A stretch of DNA of 46,558 bases from Candidatus Enterousia sp. GTDB lineage: Bacteria > Pseudomonadota > Alphaproteobacteria > Rs-D84. The position numbers were made by a program, and so were the translations under genes. Location: the NCBI GenBank assembly GCA_045657405.1, contig JAZOTB010000035.1, positions 1-46,558 on the forward strand, written 5' to 3'. Below the pieces are notes generated by a model that did not search any database, was not told the DNA's origin, and was given only the letters and a program-made list of their open reading frames with translations. This document shows, piece after piece, positions 1 through 9,851 of the stretch (positions within the stretch are counted from its first letter, which is position 1; every line of letters starts with the position of its first letter).

Positions 1-1745
1 ACGTAACAATTTATATGGAAGAAAATTCAGAAGCAGTATTTACGACCATAAACGCAATATATGATAGTGTTGTTCCAACAATATCATTGTCAAAGCCAAC
101 CAAGACAGGATATACCTTTGCAGGTATTTATAACACATATCCATCTGGAGAGAGCTATTATTATGATTCTGATATGAAACCAATTACAAGTAATTTGTAT
201 AATGTTTCGTATGGTGGGGTACCAATGTATATTAAGTGGACACCTGTAGAACGCACCGTAACGTTTAATAAGAATGGTGGCAGTGGTGAAATGTCATCTC
301 AGACATTTACGTATGATGTTGCCCAGAATCTGAGAACAAACGCATTTACCCGCACCGGATATACGTTCAAGAATTGGAATACAAAATCTGATGGCAGTGG
401 CACAACATATGCAGACAAAGCGTCTATATCAACATTATTGGAAGATATAACCCTGTACGCCCAGTGGACTGCAAATACATACACAGTAACATATGCATGT
501 GGTACTGGTGCGACAGGTACAGCGCCAAGCAATGCAACTGCAACATATGATATTACCTTTACACCAAGTGCTAATACATGTACCAAGACAGGTTATAATT
601 TTGCGGGTTGGACAACGACTGATAATTCGGGCACAACTGTAACGCATGCAGCAGGTACTGGATTCAAATGGCAATACACAGCGAATAAAACGTTTACAGC
701 AAAATGGACAATAAAATCTGTAACATGTCCTGCTGGTAAATATTTGAAGGCTGGTGGTACAACAACATCGGATTGCGCAACGTGTCCAAAGGTTTATCCA
801 GGTACAGATACAGGATTATCTTCATATTGTATTGGTGGTACATATACATATAATGCAAACTCAGACCAAGGTATCAGTGCGTGTCCGGACGTTCGTTTGG
901 CAGACAAACAAATACCGCAGTCTTCTTATCCAGTAGATGGTGGCGGAACGCCACGCTTAGATAGTACTAAAAATATACAGGGGTTAGAAGGACTTAAATC
1001 TATCGGGGAATGTCGTGCAACATATGGATTTGCGAATAAAGCGGGTTACTTTGCACTTGAAAGTGTGTTATATAATACAGAATCTGGTAAATACGATAAG
1101 GATGGTCATAAATATTATCAAATGTTGAATGCCGGTTATTATCAAAAAGATAAATTCAGCAATTATTGCGATACAGGAACATATATAATTCATGCAAATG
1201 CAGAACCTTGTCCTGTGGGCTCATATTGTCCAGGATATTCTGTTAATAATCGTCCGTTATGTTCATCCGCTGAATATATGGATGAATATGGTAGATATGA
1301 TTGTCCATCACTGTATCCAAACAGTGCAGAAAAATCTGTAGATATTACAGCGTGTCAGATTTCATGTGCGGGTGGTTCGTATGTCAAAGATGCAAAGCAG
1401 GCATGTGTAAATGTGGGTAATGGTAATTGGAGTGCGGCACATTCTGTGAATTATGGTAGTGTTTCTAAATTGAATACTTGTTCATCAGGATTAACGACAA
1501 TTGGATATGGTGCCGGCGCAGACGAAGCAGGGGATTGTGGACGTATCTTGCATGTTGATGGTGAAAAGCTGTATTTGCGTAGTACAGAAAAGACAGATGT
1601 ATCGTTGCATGTAAAGATAGGTAATGTTGTGTACTTTGGTAATATGGTTGTTGGTGACAGAAAAATTAGTAATGGTGCAACTAAGACATTAAAAATAAAA
1701 CATCAAGGCAAAGTATATTCTGTATATGATGATAGTGTGAATTAA
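1..1745 (+). CDS. Cys-rich surface protein with Listeria-Bacteroides (InlB B/Flg_new-like) repeats and a conserved C-terminal module; 5'-truncated by the window edge
   Basis: The frame is open upstream of ATG 15 (gta aca att tat atg). Repeats include VTFNKNGGSG...FTRTGYTFKNWNTKSDGSG..Y...ITLYAQW and TYACG...CTKTGYNFAGW; CPAGKY and CPVGSYCPG are Cys-rich units. Confidence 0.75.
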   Translation, partial: VTIYMEENSEAVFTTINAIYDSVVPTISLSKPTKTGYTFAGIYNTYPSGESYYYDSDMKPITSNLYNVSYGGVPMYIKWTPVERTVTFNKNGGSGEMSSQTFTYDVAQNLRTNAFTRTGYTFKNWNTKSDGSGTTYADKASISTLLEDITLYAQWTANTYTVTYACGTGATGTAPSNATATYDITFTPSANTCTKTGYNFAGWTTTDNSGTTVTHAAGTGFKWQYTANKTFTAKWTIKSVTCPAGKYLKAGGTTTSDCATCPKVYPGTDTGLSSYCIGGTYTYNANSDQGISACPDVRLADKQIPQSSYPVDGGGTPRLDSTKNIQGLEGLKSIGECRATYGFANKAGYFALESVLYNTESGKYDKDGHKYYQMLNAGYYQKDKFSNYCDTGTYIIHANAEPCPVGSYCPGYSVNNRPLCSSAEYMDEYGRYDCPSLYPNSAEKSVDITACQISCAGGSYVKDAKQACVNVGNGNWSAAHSVNYGSVSKLNTCSSGLTTIGYGAGADEAGDCGRILHVDGEKLYLRSTEKTDVSLHVKIGNVVYFGNMVVGDRKISNGATKTLKIKHQGKVYSVYDDSVN

Positions 1746-1746
1746 T

Positions 1747-1775
1747 AAAAATCCCGCAATTGCGGGATTTGTTTT
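1747..1775. terminator. Bidirectional intrinsic terminator
   Basis: AAAAATCCCGCAATTGCGGGATTTGTTTT palindrome between convergent genes. Confidence 0.85.
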
Positions 1776-1798
1776 GTATTAGTATAATAAATATAATT

Positions 1799-2227
1799 TT
1801 ATTTTAGGCTTTCTGCTGCAGTGCGTGCCAGTACGTCAACGCGTTCGTTCATTTCGTCGCCATTATGACCGCGTACCCAATACCAATGTATTTGTTTTGT
1901 TGATGCAAGGGTATCTAATTCTTGCCACAAGTCTTGGTTTTTTACTGGTTTTTTATCTGCTGTGCGCCAGTTGTTCTTTTTCCAGTTTTTTATCCACTGT
2001 AACATGCCGTTTTTTACATATTGACTGTCTGTGTGGATTTCTAGTTCATCGTGCTTTTTTGCGGCATTTAATGCGCGTATAACGGCCATTAATTCCATGC
2101 GATTATTTGTTGTGTTTTGTTCGCCACCACTGCGTTCAGCGGTGTTTTTGCCGTCTGTGGCAATAAATCCCCATCCGCCTGGACCGGGATTCCCAAGACA
2201 ACTGCCGTCAGTCCATATTTTTAACAT
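1799..2227 (-). CDS. rnhA: Ribonuclease HI
   Basis: TDGSCLGNPGPGGW, TTNNRMEL, TDSQYV, PVKNQDLW and WVRGHNG..NERVD motifs. Confidence 0.97.
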   Translation of the reverse strand: MLKIWTDGSCLGNPGPGGWGFIATDGKNTAERSGGEQNTTNNRMELMAVIRALNAAKKHDELEIHTDSQYVKNGMLQWIKNWKKNNWRTADKKPVKNQDLWQELDTLASTKQIHWYWVRGHNGDEMNERVDVLARTAAESLK

Positions 2228-2263
2228 TTTTATATATTCCCTTTTTATGATATAATATCATAC

Positions 2264-4042
2264 ATGAACTATAATTCCAAAGACTTAAAAGAAATGGCTT
2301 GTGATGTGCGGGCGTATGCGTTGCATGCGCTGCGTATGGCGCACAGTGGGCATGTTGGGATTGTTTTGGGGTGTGCAGATATTATTACAGTTATTTATGC
2401 AAATTTCTTACGTCGTGGACGTGACAGGTTTGTTTTGTCTGCTGGTCATGGTAGTGCGTTATTATATGCTGTATTAAAGTTGGCTGGATATGATGTTGGT
2501 GATTTAGATACATTTCGTAAAATTGGCGGATTACCTGGACATCCGGAGTGTGGAATTGATGGTGTTGATGCAACAACAGGTCCGTTGGGACAGGGGGTTG
2601 GAAATGCTGTCGGAATGGCGATGGCTGAAAAAATAAACAAAACCGATTCGGTTGTGTATTGTTTGTGTTCTGATGGCGATTTAATGGAAGGTGTTGCATC
2701 AGAATCTATTTCTTTTGCAGGTCGTTATAAATTAAATAACTTGGTTTTATTATGGGCTGATAATGGTGTTAGTATCGATGGCGTGGCGCAGAATGATATT
2801 GATGTTCCACAGCGTATGTTGGCTTCTGGTTGGCATGTAATATCTGTTGATGGTAATGATTTTGTGCGCTTGAATCGTGCGTTGGTAAATGCAAAAAAAT
2901 CTGATAAGCCTGTGTTTATTCAATGTAAAACAGAGATAGGACATGGTTCTAGTTTAGCTGGTACAAACAAAGCGCATGGATTTGCGTTAAGCGATTCGGA
3001 ATTAATGCAATTGGTGCAACAGAATATATCTGTTCAGGGCGAAAAGTTATGGGCCAAGGTCGCAGAACTTCAAAGACCTGTATTTGATTGTAATGTAAAT
3101 CAAGAATTACCAAATGTTTCTGTGCCACGTGTTGGTGATGCGATGTCTTTGCGTGAACTGTCTGGTATTTATTTGAATGAATTGTTAAAGGCGGGTGTTA
3201 AAATCATTGGTGGCAGTGCGGATTTGGGGGGCAGTACAAATGTTAAGGTTTCTGCATCTCATGATATTATGCCAAATGATTTTGGCGGAAATTATATAAA
3301 TTATGGTGTGCGTGAACATGCGATGGCTGCGATTATGAACGGGATGGCTGCGTGTGGGATGCGTGTTTATGGTTCAACATTTTTAGTGTTTAGTGATTAT
3401 ATGCGACCTGCGATTCGTTTGTCTGCAATGTCTAGTTTGCCTGTGGTGTATGTGTTTACACATGACAGTATTGCTGTTGGAGAAGATGGACCAACACATC
3501 AACCAATTGAACAGCTGCCATCACTGCGTATGATACCAGGGTTAAATGTATTTCGTCCTGCTAATTTAACAGAGATTATGTATGCATGGCGTCGTGCGTT
3601 AACAGAAAAAAATAAACCGTCATGTATTGTTCTGTCGCGTCAAATGGTGTATTTGGTTAAAACGCCATTGGGGGCAGATTTATCACGTGGTGCATATATA
3701 ATTCATAGTGCAAAAAATAAACCAAAAGTTACAATATTGGCTACAGGTGCCGAAGTCTCTTTGGCTGTTCGTGTTGCAGAAAAATTAGGTGATTTTGTTC
3801 AGGTTGTTTCTGTGCCGTCTGTGTCTGATTTTCGTATGCAAGATATTGAATATAAAAAGCAAATTTTACGTGGTTTTGTCGTTGCCATAGAAGCTGCTGC
3901 ATCTGCACCATGGTTTGAATTTGCAGATGCTGTTGTTGGGATTGATAGATTTGGAATGTCTGGAAATGGCGAACAGGTTTACGAAGGTCTTGGGTTTAAT
4001 GTTGATGCAATTGTTTGTGATATAAAAGATAAGATTAAATAA
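2264..4042 (+). CDS. tkt: Transketolase (compact, 592 aa)
   Basis: SGH.G, DRFVLSAGHGS, GHPE, TTGPLGQG, SDGDLMEG, YGVREHAM and HDSIAVGEDGPTHQPIEQ motifs. Confidence 0.95.
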   Translation: MNYNSKDLKEMACDVRAYALHALRMAHSGHVGIVLGCADIITVIYANFLRRGRDRFVLSAGHGSALLYAVLKLAGYDVGDLDTFRKIGGLPGHPECGIDGVDATTGPLGQGVGNAVGMAMAEKINKTDSVVYCLCSDGDLMEGVASESISFAGRYKLNNLVLLWADNGVSIDGVAQNDIDVPQRMLASGWHVISVDGNDFVRLNRALVNAKKSDKPVFIQCKTEIGHGSSLAGTNKAHGFALSDSELMQLVQQNISVQGEKLWAKVAELQRPVFDCNVNQELPNVSVPRVGDAMSLRELSGIYLNELLKAGVKIIGGSADLGGSTNVKVSASHDIMPNDFGGNYINYGVREHAMAAIMNGMAACGMRVYGSTFLVFSDYMRPAIRLSAMSSLPVVYVFTHDSIAVGEDGPTHQPIEQLPSLRMIPGLNVFRPANLTEIMYAWRRALTEKNKPSCIVLSRQMVYLVKTPLGADLSRGAYIIHSAKNKPKVTILATGAEVSLAVRVAEKLGDFVQVVSVPSVSDFRMQDIEYKKQILRGFVVAIEAAASAPWFEFADAVVGIDRFGMSGNGEQVYEGLGFNVDAIVCDIKDKIK

Positions 4043-4741
4043 ATGTCGGATTATATTTTTACTTTGTCATCTGGCGAAGAAATCCTTGTTATAATTACAA
4101 CACGTCGCGGTTTGCGTAATATTACATTGCGGCCTAAATTTACACCGAAGCGTGAAATACATATATCTAAACCTTGGCTGGTGTCTGTTGGGGCTGCGAT
4201 TCGGTTTTTACGGTCTAAACAGCGATGGTTAGAATGTGTGTTTCAAAAGTGTCCTGTAAAAGTAAAAATAAAACCAGGCGATGAAATTGAATTTATAGGG
4301 CGGAAAGTTAAACTGTTGCATGATTCCACAATGCGTGCGAATCGCTTTGATGCGGATAATTTTGTTTTGTATATTGGTGGGGATATAGATATGTTTGAAC
4401 GTCGTGTGCGTGACTACATCAAGGCTGAATTTTTACAAGAAGTAAAAAATATGATTCGTTTAGTGTCACGTGAATTTCATCCAAAGCGTATTACATTGCG
4501 TGATACAACCAGTCGTTGGGGCAGTTGTTCCAGTACAGGTACTATGTCTTTTTCATGGCGTTTGGCTTTTGCACCCGTGGATGTTATGCGCTATGTTGTG
4601 ATGCATGAATTGGCACATACAAGACATATGAATCATTCACCTGAATTTTGGGCAACTGTTCGTGAATTATATGGCGGTGGCACAGAACGTGCAAAGCGTT
4701 GGCTGGCGCAAAATGGTGAAAGTTTGCATCGGTATTTTTGA
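4043..4741 (+). CDS. YgjP/DUF45 (SprT-like) zinc metallohydrolase
   Basis: SRWGSCS, YVVMHELAH and NHSPEFW motifs; abuts the tkt stop codon. Confidence 0.9.
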   Translation: MSDYIFTLSSGEEILVIITTRRGLRNITLRPKFTPKREIHISKPWLVSVGAAIRFLRSKQRWLECVFQKCPVKVKIKPGDEIEFIGRKVKLLHDSTMRANRFDADNFVLYIGGDIDMFERRVRDYIKAEFLQEVKNMIRLVSREFHPKRITLRDTTSRWGSCSSTGTMSFSWRLAFAPVDVMRYVVMHELAHTRHMNHSPEFWATVRELYGGGTERAKRWLAQNGESLHRYF

Positions 4742-4797
4742 GTTGATTTTGTTCGTTAAAATTTGCTAGTTTTAATATAAGTTGAAATGTGGGTGGT

Positions 4798-7700
4798 ATG
4801 TTAAAACAGGTTTTAGCGGTTTTTGTGTCGTTTCTGTTGCCTTTTATGGCATTTGCTGCGACGTGTCCAGAAAATTATTCTGAATTTACCATAGATTCTA
4901 ATCATCTTGTTATTCCCAGCAGTGAACAATGTCCAGATGGTATGGTTGAATTATATACAGTATCTGATTGCTCGGATGCAGATGTGGGTGATGTTTGTGC
5001 TGTTTGTGATTCGGGATATACATTGGCGGGTGGTAAACAGTGTTTGCAGTTATGCAGTGCGCAAAATCAAAAAATTCATTTTGGATCAGATTTATCATTT
5101 AATTTATTGAAAGATCGTGGAACCATACCTGCGTTAAATATTCAAACAGAAAATAATCAGATTTGTTATGTTGGCTTGGCTTCTGGACGGGGTGGTGGAC
5201 TGAACTTTTTATTACCAGATGGTCGTCAATATCATGCAGTAAAAAATACGGGTGGATATCGTGTTTGTGCGACTGGTTATACTTTGTCGTATTCGTGTGG
5301 TGATGTTGGTGGTGTTCCACCGCGTTCGTATAAATTAAAAAGTGGTTATTGGTACACGGTTCCTGCAAATGCGGGTGGGTGTAATGTTCCAAGCAATATG
5401 CGATTCGCAGGTTGGTATGCAGATGGAGTACAGGTTAAACCATATATGATACATACGTATAACTTTAATTCAGATAAAACATTGGTGGCTAGATTTGCTG
5501 ATGTGTCAAAATATAATATAAATTACTATTGCTTGCCGTCTGATACGGTGCCTGTATATGTTGATACTGTGATTGCATACGAAAGCACAGATGTTAAAAC
5601 AAATATGTGTGCATTTGATGCAGAAAACCTTGATACGCTGGCATGGGTTAAAACTATTCCTCAGGCTGAGATGGATTCATATATAGATTACTTGGTAAAA
5701 AATGGTTCTGATATTTCTGATGTAGAATATTTGTATGACATATACGTTAATGGTTCTTATGTGTTGTCAGATGTGACAGAGGCTTTGGCTATGGTTGTGT
5801 TTCCAGCGTTACATATAAATTGTATTAAGGATGCTGATTTTCAAGCATCTAATGCTGAAAATTGTGCGATTGCCAAGTTGTTTTATGACCATACTTATTT
5901 TGTTCGTAATAATGATTTTATATCAGATGATGAAGAATATATGTTTAAACAAATAACTCCTGTATCAGATGTTGATTTGCGACCTTTGTATATTCCCAAG
6001 AAGCACGATGTAAATTGGGATTGTGGCGATGGATTGTTTAGAGCATCTGCAGGTGAAATGAATTTTAATTCAGATGCTAGATATAATTGGAATGTACTTT
6101 ATTATTGTACATATAATGGTCTGAATACCTGGATTGGCGAATCTGGAAATTGTATTGATGCTGCAGGTAATAATATTTGTTCGGGTAAAGAAGGAATACA
6201 TTTTGAAGGTTGGGAAATTGATGGCGAATTTGTTGGTAAAGAATTTGTATATAAATATACTGAAGACAAGACTGCAACTGGAATCTATAGTTATGATTTG
6301 CATGCAGAATTTGATTGTGGATCGGATGGCGTATTAACATCTGGCGAATCAATGGTTTCTTATTCTTATAATGGAAAATGGAAATCTGATATACCACTAA
6401 ATATTAATGCTATGTGTACACCAAATGAAGGTAAGAAATTTCTTGGTTGGAAGTTAAACTATGATACTGATAATGTAGTGTATAATGTTGGGGATACATT
6501 AAACTGGCTGGATGTATTTTTAGATACCGAAAATAAGAATTCGTCTTATGGTTTTTATAATCGTGTGATGTTGACGGCGGTGTATGAAGATGTATCAGAA
6601 GAAATATTATATTATTGCAAATATGATGCTGCGACAGATAATCCTGATGAAATTCAATTGCTGTATTATGGAACAGAAGTGGAACCGTTGGAACCATTTT
6701 GCCCTGTGTATCGTACAGGAACAATACCTGCTATGTGGTACACGCGATTTACAGACGAAGAAATTGCAGAATTAAATGCAATTACACCATATGAAGAATT
6801 GGAACAAGATATAAAAAATATGGTTGCACCGTTCTTTGGCAAAACAGATACCGTAGAAGGGATGAATGCTTATGGGTTTATATTTGGATTGTCTGCTGGG
6901 AAAAACAATGATGATTATGTTCAGGCGCTATATTCTTTGATAGAAAAGCATTTATATTTATCTGATAATGATTCCATAGGAAATAAAAGTATATCAGAAC
7001 CATTGTCGCTGTATTCGTTGTATTTGTACAATTTGTATCAGCCGAATTTCAATTATGGCAGTGTACCGATGTTTTCGCCCGAAGGCGGATTTGCTGCTGC
7101 GTTTGTGTTTCCGATGTATTGGCCGTATTATGGTGCTGAATTTCAACCGAGTTTGGTTCAAAATCCAACGTGTAATGAAGGTATTTCTATTGCTGGATAT
7201 GTCTTAGATGGTACAGAATATGGTGCAGATGATAAAATTAAATGGGTGTGGGAGTCTGATAAAACACTGGATGTATTGTTCAATGTAAAATTGGCTGCGT
7301 CGTTTAATTGTGGAATGGGCGGAAAATTACAGGATTCTACAACAGGTGCTAAATCATATCAGCCGGTATCGCCTGTGTATGGTGATGATGTTACATTTGA
7401 AATTGATGCAAAATGTGTACCAGATGATATAAATACAAGGTTTGCGGGCTGGAAGCTTGGTACATACAGAAATGGTGATTTATTTTATCAAGTGGGTGAT
7501 ATGGTCAGTTGGTATGAAATAGCAAACAAAACAAATCCAAATTATATAGAAAATGATTTTCCTTTTGATAATTGTGAAGCGGGTATTAGTTCTGGTATTT
7601 ATGAGTTTAAACCTGTTTATGAACAGGTTGCAGATGGTATAAAATATTATCGTGCATATAATGCACCTGCAAATGATTATTATGCCAATCAGGAATTTGA

Positions 7701-8652
7701 TGACGCACCTGTTAACCCATTGCCATATATTGAAAATGTTGATCGTGCCAAGGGGGTTGATCAATTTGCGTGGTACACACGATTTACAGATGAAGAAATT
7801 GCAGAATTAAATGCGATTACACCTTATGAAGAATTAGACGAAAATATTAAAAATATGGTTGCACCGTTCTTTGGTAAAACAGATACTGTAGAAGGGATGA
7901 GTCATCTAACCTTTGCATTTACGTTGATGATTGGCGGTACAACGTATAATGACAAGGCATTTAGTATGATTAAGCAGCATATATTTACATATAATGAAGA
8001 AAAGGATACATGGAGCCAACAGTTAACAGATTTAACACCGGTATATGCACTGTATGGGTATATTGCAGATGGTGTGGAATATGATTCTGGCAATATTATT
8101 ACATATAGCAGGGGGGTTGATGGGATTTTTGATTTTGTAGAATGGCCATATTATGGGATGGAATACAATTTGGATAATTTCGCACCGTCAACATGCAATA
8201 CTGGTATTGTACATGTTGGATACGAATACAATGGCGATGTGTATGATCGTGGTGAAACAATTGTTTGGCCATATACAGAAAAAGTAGTATTTAATATGCT
8301 GTTTGATATTGATATTGGTATTACATTTGATTGCGGTACAGGTGGTGCATTGGCAGAAGGCAGTGTTGCATCAAAATCATATAAATCAGATAAACCAGAA
8401 ACAGGAAATATTGATCCGAATATGAAACTGGACTCGGTTTGTGTACCAAATGATGATAGTCATGTATTTGTTGGTTGGGAACCGGCAGATATTTATTCAA
8501 ATGGTACTTATTATTATGGCAGCGATTTTGATTTGTTGGGTTGGTTGCATCAAAGCAATCCTCATGCTGGTGCAATGGATGATGTAAGCCAATGTCCAAA
8601 GGGGATACGTAGTGGATTTGTGAATTTTAATGCTGTGTATGCAGATAAATAG
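4798..8652 (+). CDS. Large secreted repeat protein (~1284 aa) with Cys-containing B-repeat-like units
   Basis: Signal peptide [20 protein letters not shown]. Recurring [YF]xCG.GG...C.P....F.GW...Y...DKT units and a ~345-aa periodicity. Start placed at ATG 4798. Confidence 0.75.
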   Translation: MLKQVLAVFVSFLLPFMAFAATCPENYSEFTIDSNHLVIPSSEQCPDGMVELYTVSDCSDADVGDVCAVCDSGYTLAGGKQCLQLCSAQNQKIHFGSDLSFNLLKDRGTIPALNIQTENNQICYVGLASGRGGGLNFLLPDGRQYHAVKNTGGYRVCATGYTLSYSCGDVGGVPPRSYKLKSGYWYTVPANAGGCNVPSNMRFAGWYADGVQVKPYMIHTYNFNSDKTLVARFADVSKYNINYYCLPSDTVPVYVDTVIAYESTDVKTNMCAFDAENLDTLAWVKTIPQAEMDSYIDYLVKNGSDISDVEYLYDIYVNGSYVLSDVTEALAMVVFPALHINCIKDADFQASNAENCAIAKLFYDHTYFVRNNDFISDDEEYMFKQITPVSDVDLRPLYIPKKHDVNWDCGDGLFRASAGEMNFNSDARYNWNVLYYCTYNGLNTWIGESGNCIDAAGNNICSGKEGIHFEGWEIDGEFVGKEFVYKYTEDKTATGIYSYDLHAEFDCGSDGVLTSGESMVSYSYNGKWKSDIPLNINAMCTPNEGKKFLGWKLNYDTDNVVYNVGDTLNWLDVFLDTENKNSSYGFYNRVMLTAVYEDVSEEILYYCKYDAATDNPDEIQLLYYGTEVEPLEPFCPVYRTGTIPAMWYTRFTDEEIAELNAITPYEELEQDIKNMVAPFFGKTDTVEGMNAYGFIFGLSAGKNNDDYVQALYSLIEKHLYLSDNDSIGNKSISEPLSLYSLYLYNLYQPNFNYGSVPMFSPEGGFAAAFVFPMYWPYYGAEFQPSLVQNPTCNEGISIAGYVLDGTEYGADDKIKWVWESDKTLDVLFNVKLAASFNCGMGGKLQDSTTGAKSYQPVSPVYGDDVTFEIDAKCVPDDINTRFAGWKLGTYRNGDLFYQVGDMVSWYEIANKTNPNYIENDFPFDNCEAGISSGIYEFKPVYEQVADGIKYYRAYNAPANDYYANQEFDDAPVNPLPYIENVDRAKGVDQFAWYTRFTDEEIAELNAITPYEELDENIKNMVAPFFGKTDTVEGMSHLTFAFTLMIGGTTYNDKAFSMIKQHIFTYNEEKDTWSQQLTDLTPVYALYGYIADGVEYDSGNIITYSRGVDGIFDFVEWPYYGMEYNLDNFAPSTCNTGIVHVGYEYNGDVYDRGETIVWPYTEKVVFNMLFDIDIGITFDCGTGGALAEGSVASKSYKSDKPETGNIDPNMKLDSVCVPNDDSHVFVGWEPADIYSNGTYYYGSDFDLLGWLHQSNPHAGAMDDVSQCPKGIRSGFVNFNAVYADK
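6736..6864 (+). repeat. 129-bp intragenic direct repeat, copy 1
   Basis: Encodes [43 protein letters not shown]; nearly identical to 7771-7899. Confidence 0.95.
7771..7899 (+). repeat. 129-bp intragenic direct repeat, copy 2
   Basis: Encodes [43 protein letters not shown]; offset 1035 nt from copy 1. Confidence 0.95.
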
Positions 8653-8753
8653 GTGCGCCAAGTACAATAAAAGAGGGGGTAAGCCCTGCTGAGGCAGAAG
8701 AGATAAAGGCAAAACTAATAGAAGCAGGTGGAACTGTTGAGTTAAAATGTTGA
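8652..8753 (+). pseudogene. rplL: Fragment encoding the C-terminus of ribosomal protein L7/L12 (bL12)
   Basis: Manual translation gives [33 protein letters not shown], matching the bL12 C-terminal consensus (GAP..IKEGVSK.EAE.IK..LEEAGA.VELK). An in-frame TAA lies at 8646-8648 and there is no start codon. Confidence 0.8.
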
Positions 8754-8766
8754 TAAAAGATAACAA

Positions 8767-9516
8767 ATGAAAAAGAGTATAAGTGTATTTTTATTATCTG
8801 TGTTGGTTGCAACGTCTGGAATTGCAGATGTGTTGCCGTTACAGTGCAAGGTGGCTGAGCCCAAGACGGTGTTTTCGTGTGGTAATGGCACAGGAAATGC
8901 ACCATCAATCGAAGATCCTGAAGCGATTTTGGTGTCTGGGTGTGTTCCGCCATCTGGTTATTCGTTTGGTGGATGGCAATTGGGGGATAATGGGCCTGTG
9001 TTGAATTTGGCGACTATTATTAATTCCCAAGATATATTGCCACTGATGGATTCTTATGTTTTTGGCAATATGGAAATGACCGCAAGTTATGTGCCGTTGG
9101 TGAATTTGGAAACTTTTTCATCAAAAGAAAGTATTGTTGGCGCAATGTATAATCCAGATGTAAACAGGATATATTATGAATTTCCATCTGGTGGGATGGT
9201 GTTAAAACCTGTTTGTTCATCTGCCAGTACTGGTGATGGTATTGTGTCTATTATGGTTGATGGTTATACCCAAGAATTTCCAACGGCCAGTTCTGCTGTG
9301 GATTTGTCGCAATCTGGGAATCATTGTTGGATAGGTATAGAAGCGCCTTATCATTCAGGTATGAAGTATATTTATGTGGCGTCTTATGATGATTGCAAGA
9401 CGGATTGTGTTAACGATCCGATGAATTTAGCGTTGATGTGTGTGACGGATGCATCAGATCAAAGCTTGTATGATAGTGTCGCGCAAAAAATCGTGTCTGC
9501 AATGCTGGGAATGTAA
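8767..9516 (+). CDS. Secreted Cys-rich hypothetical protein with one B-repeat-like unit
   Basis: Signal peptide; FSCGNGTGNAP...GCVPPSGYSFGGW resembles units in 1-1745 and 4798-8652. Confidence 0.7.
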   Translation: MKKSISVFLLSVLVATSGIADVLPLQCKVAEPKTVFSCGNGTGNAPSIEDPEAILVSGCVPPSGYSFGGWQLGDNGPVLNLATIINSQDILPLMDSYVFGNMEMTASYVPLVNLETFSSKESIVGAMYNPDVNRIYYEFPSGGMVLKPVCSSASTGDGIVSIMVDGYTQEFPTASSAVDLSQSGNHCWIGIEAPYHSGMKYIYVASYDDCKTDCVNDPMNLALMCVTDASDQSLYDSVAQKIVSAMLGM

Positions 9517-9570
9517 TCGTGGGAAATGGTGCTTGTGGCGTTCCAAGGCGATTCGGTTTATAATGTGTGT

Positions 9571-9675
9571 GTCTTTTGATGGGGCATACAATAAATACAA
9601 ATTTTCAAAGCAAAAATATCTTTTCTTTCGTAATTTGTGTAATGGGTATGCCCCGCCTTATGTTGTTAAAAAGAC
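9571..9675 (+). ncRNA. Candidate structured small RNA (long rod hairpin)
   Basis: TATAAT at 9559-9564. Nested pairings GTCTTTT/AAAAGAC, GGGGCATAC/GTATGCCCC, ATACAAATT/AATTTGTGT (a G-U pair favours the + strand) and AAAG/CTTT. Confidence 0.4.
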
Positions 9676-9703
9676 TTGATATTCCGTATTTTTATACTAA
9701 AAT
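9676..9703 (+). promoter_or_regulatory. Sigma70-type promoter for the hisS leader
   Basis: TTGATA-N16-TAAAAT. Confidence 0.5.
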
Positions 9704-9706
9704 TAA

Positions 9707-9775
9707 ATGGAAATGATAGAAAGAATGAATAATATTTTGGCTGTTTTTCATCACGCCCATTTGGGTGGGTATTAG
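9707..9775 (+). promoter_or_regulatory. Putative His-rich leader peptide upstream of hisS
   Basis: uORF MEMIERMNNILAVFHHAHLGGY* has 3 His codons in 4 positions and ends 76 nt before hisS; alternative starts at 9713 and 9725. Confidence 0.6.
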
Positions 9776-9851
9776 CATATTGATTTTTTTGTGATATAAT
9801 TGACACGATACAGTGTCCAAAGATTTCGTATTTCAAACATAGGAATAAAAA

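Noticed and set aside
6736..7899. DGR repeat or CRISPR-like repeat
   Set aside because: Only two in-frame copies exist, differing mostly at synonymous sites of all base types; there are no spacers or cas genes.
9571..9675. SRP (4.5S) RNA, 6S RNA or Tn3-type MITE
   Set aside because: There is no SRP domain IV motif, it is too short for 6S, the inverted repeats are only 9 bp, and there is no target-site duplication.
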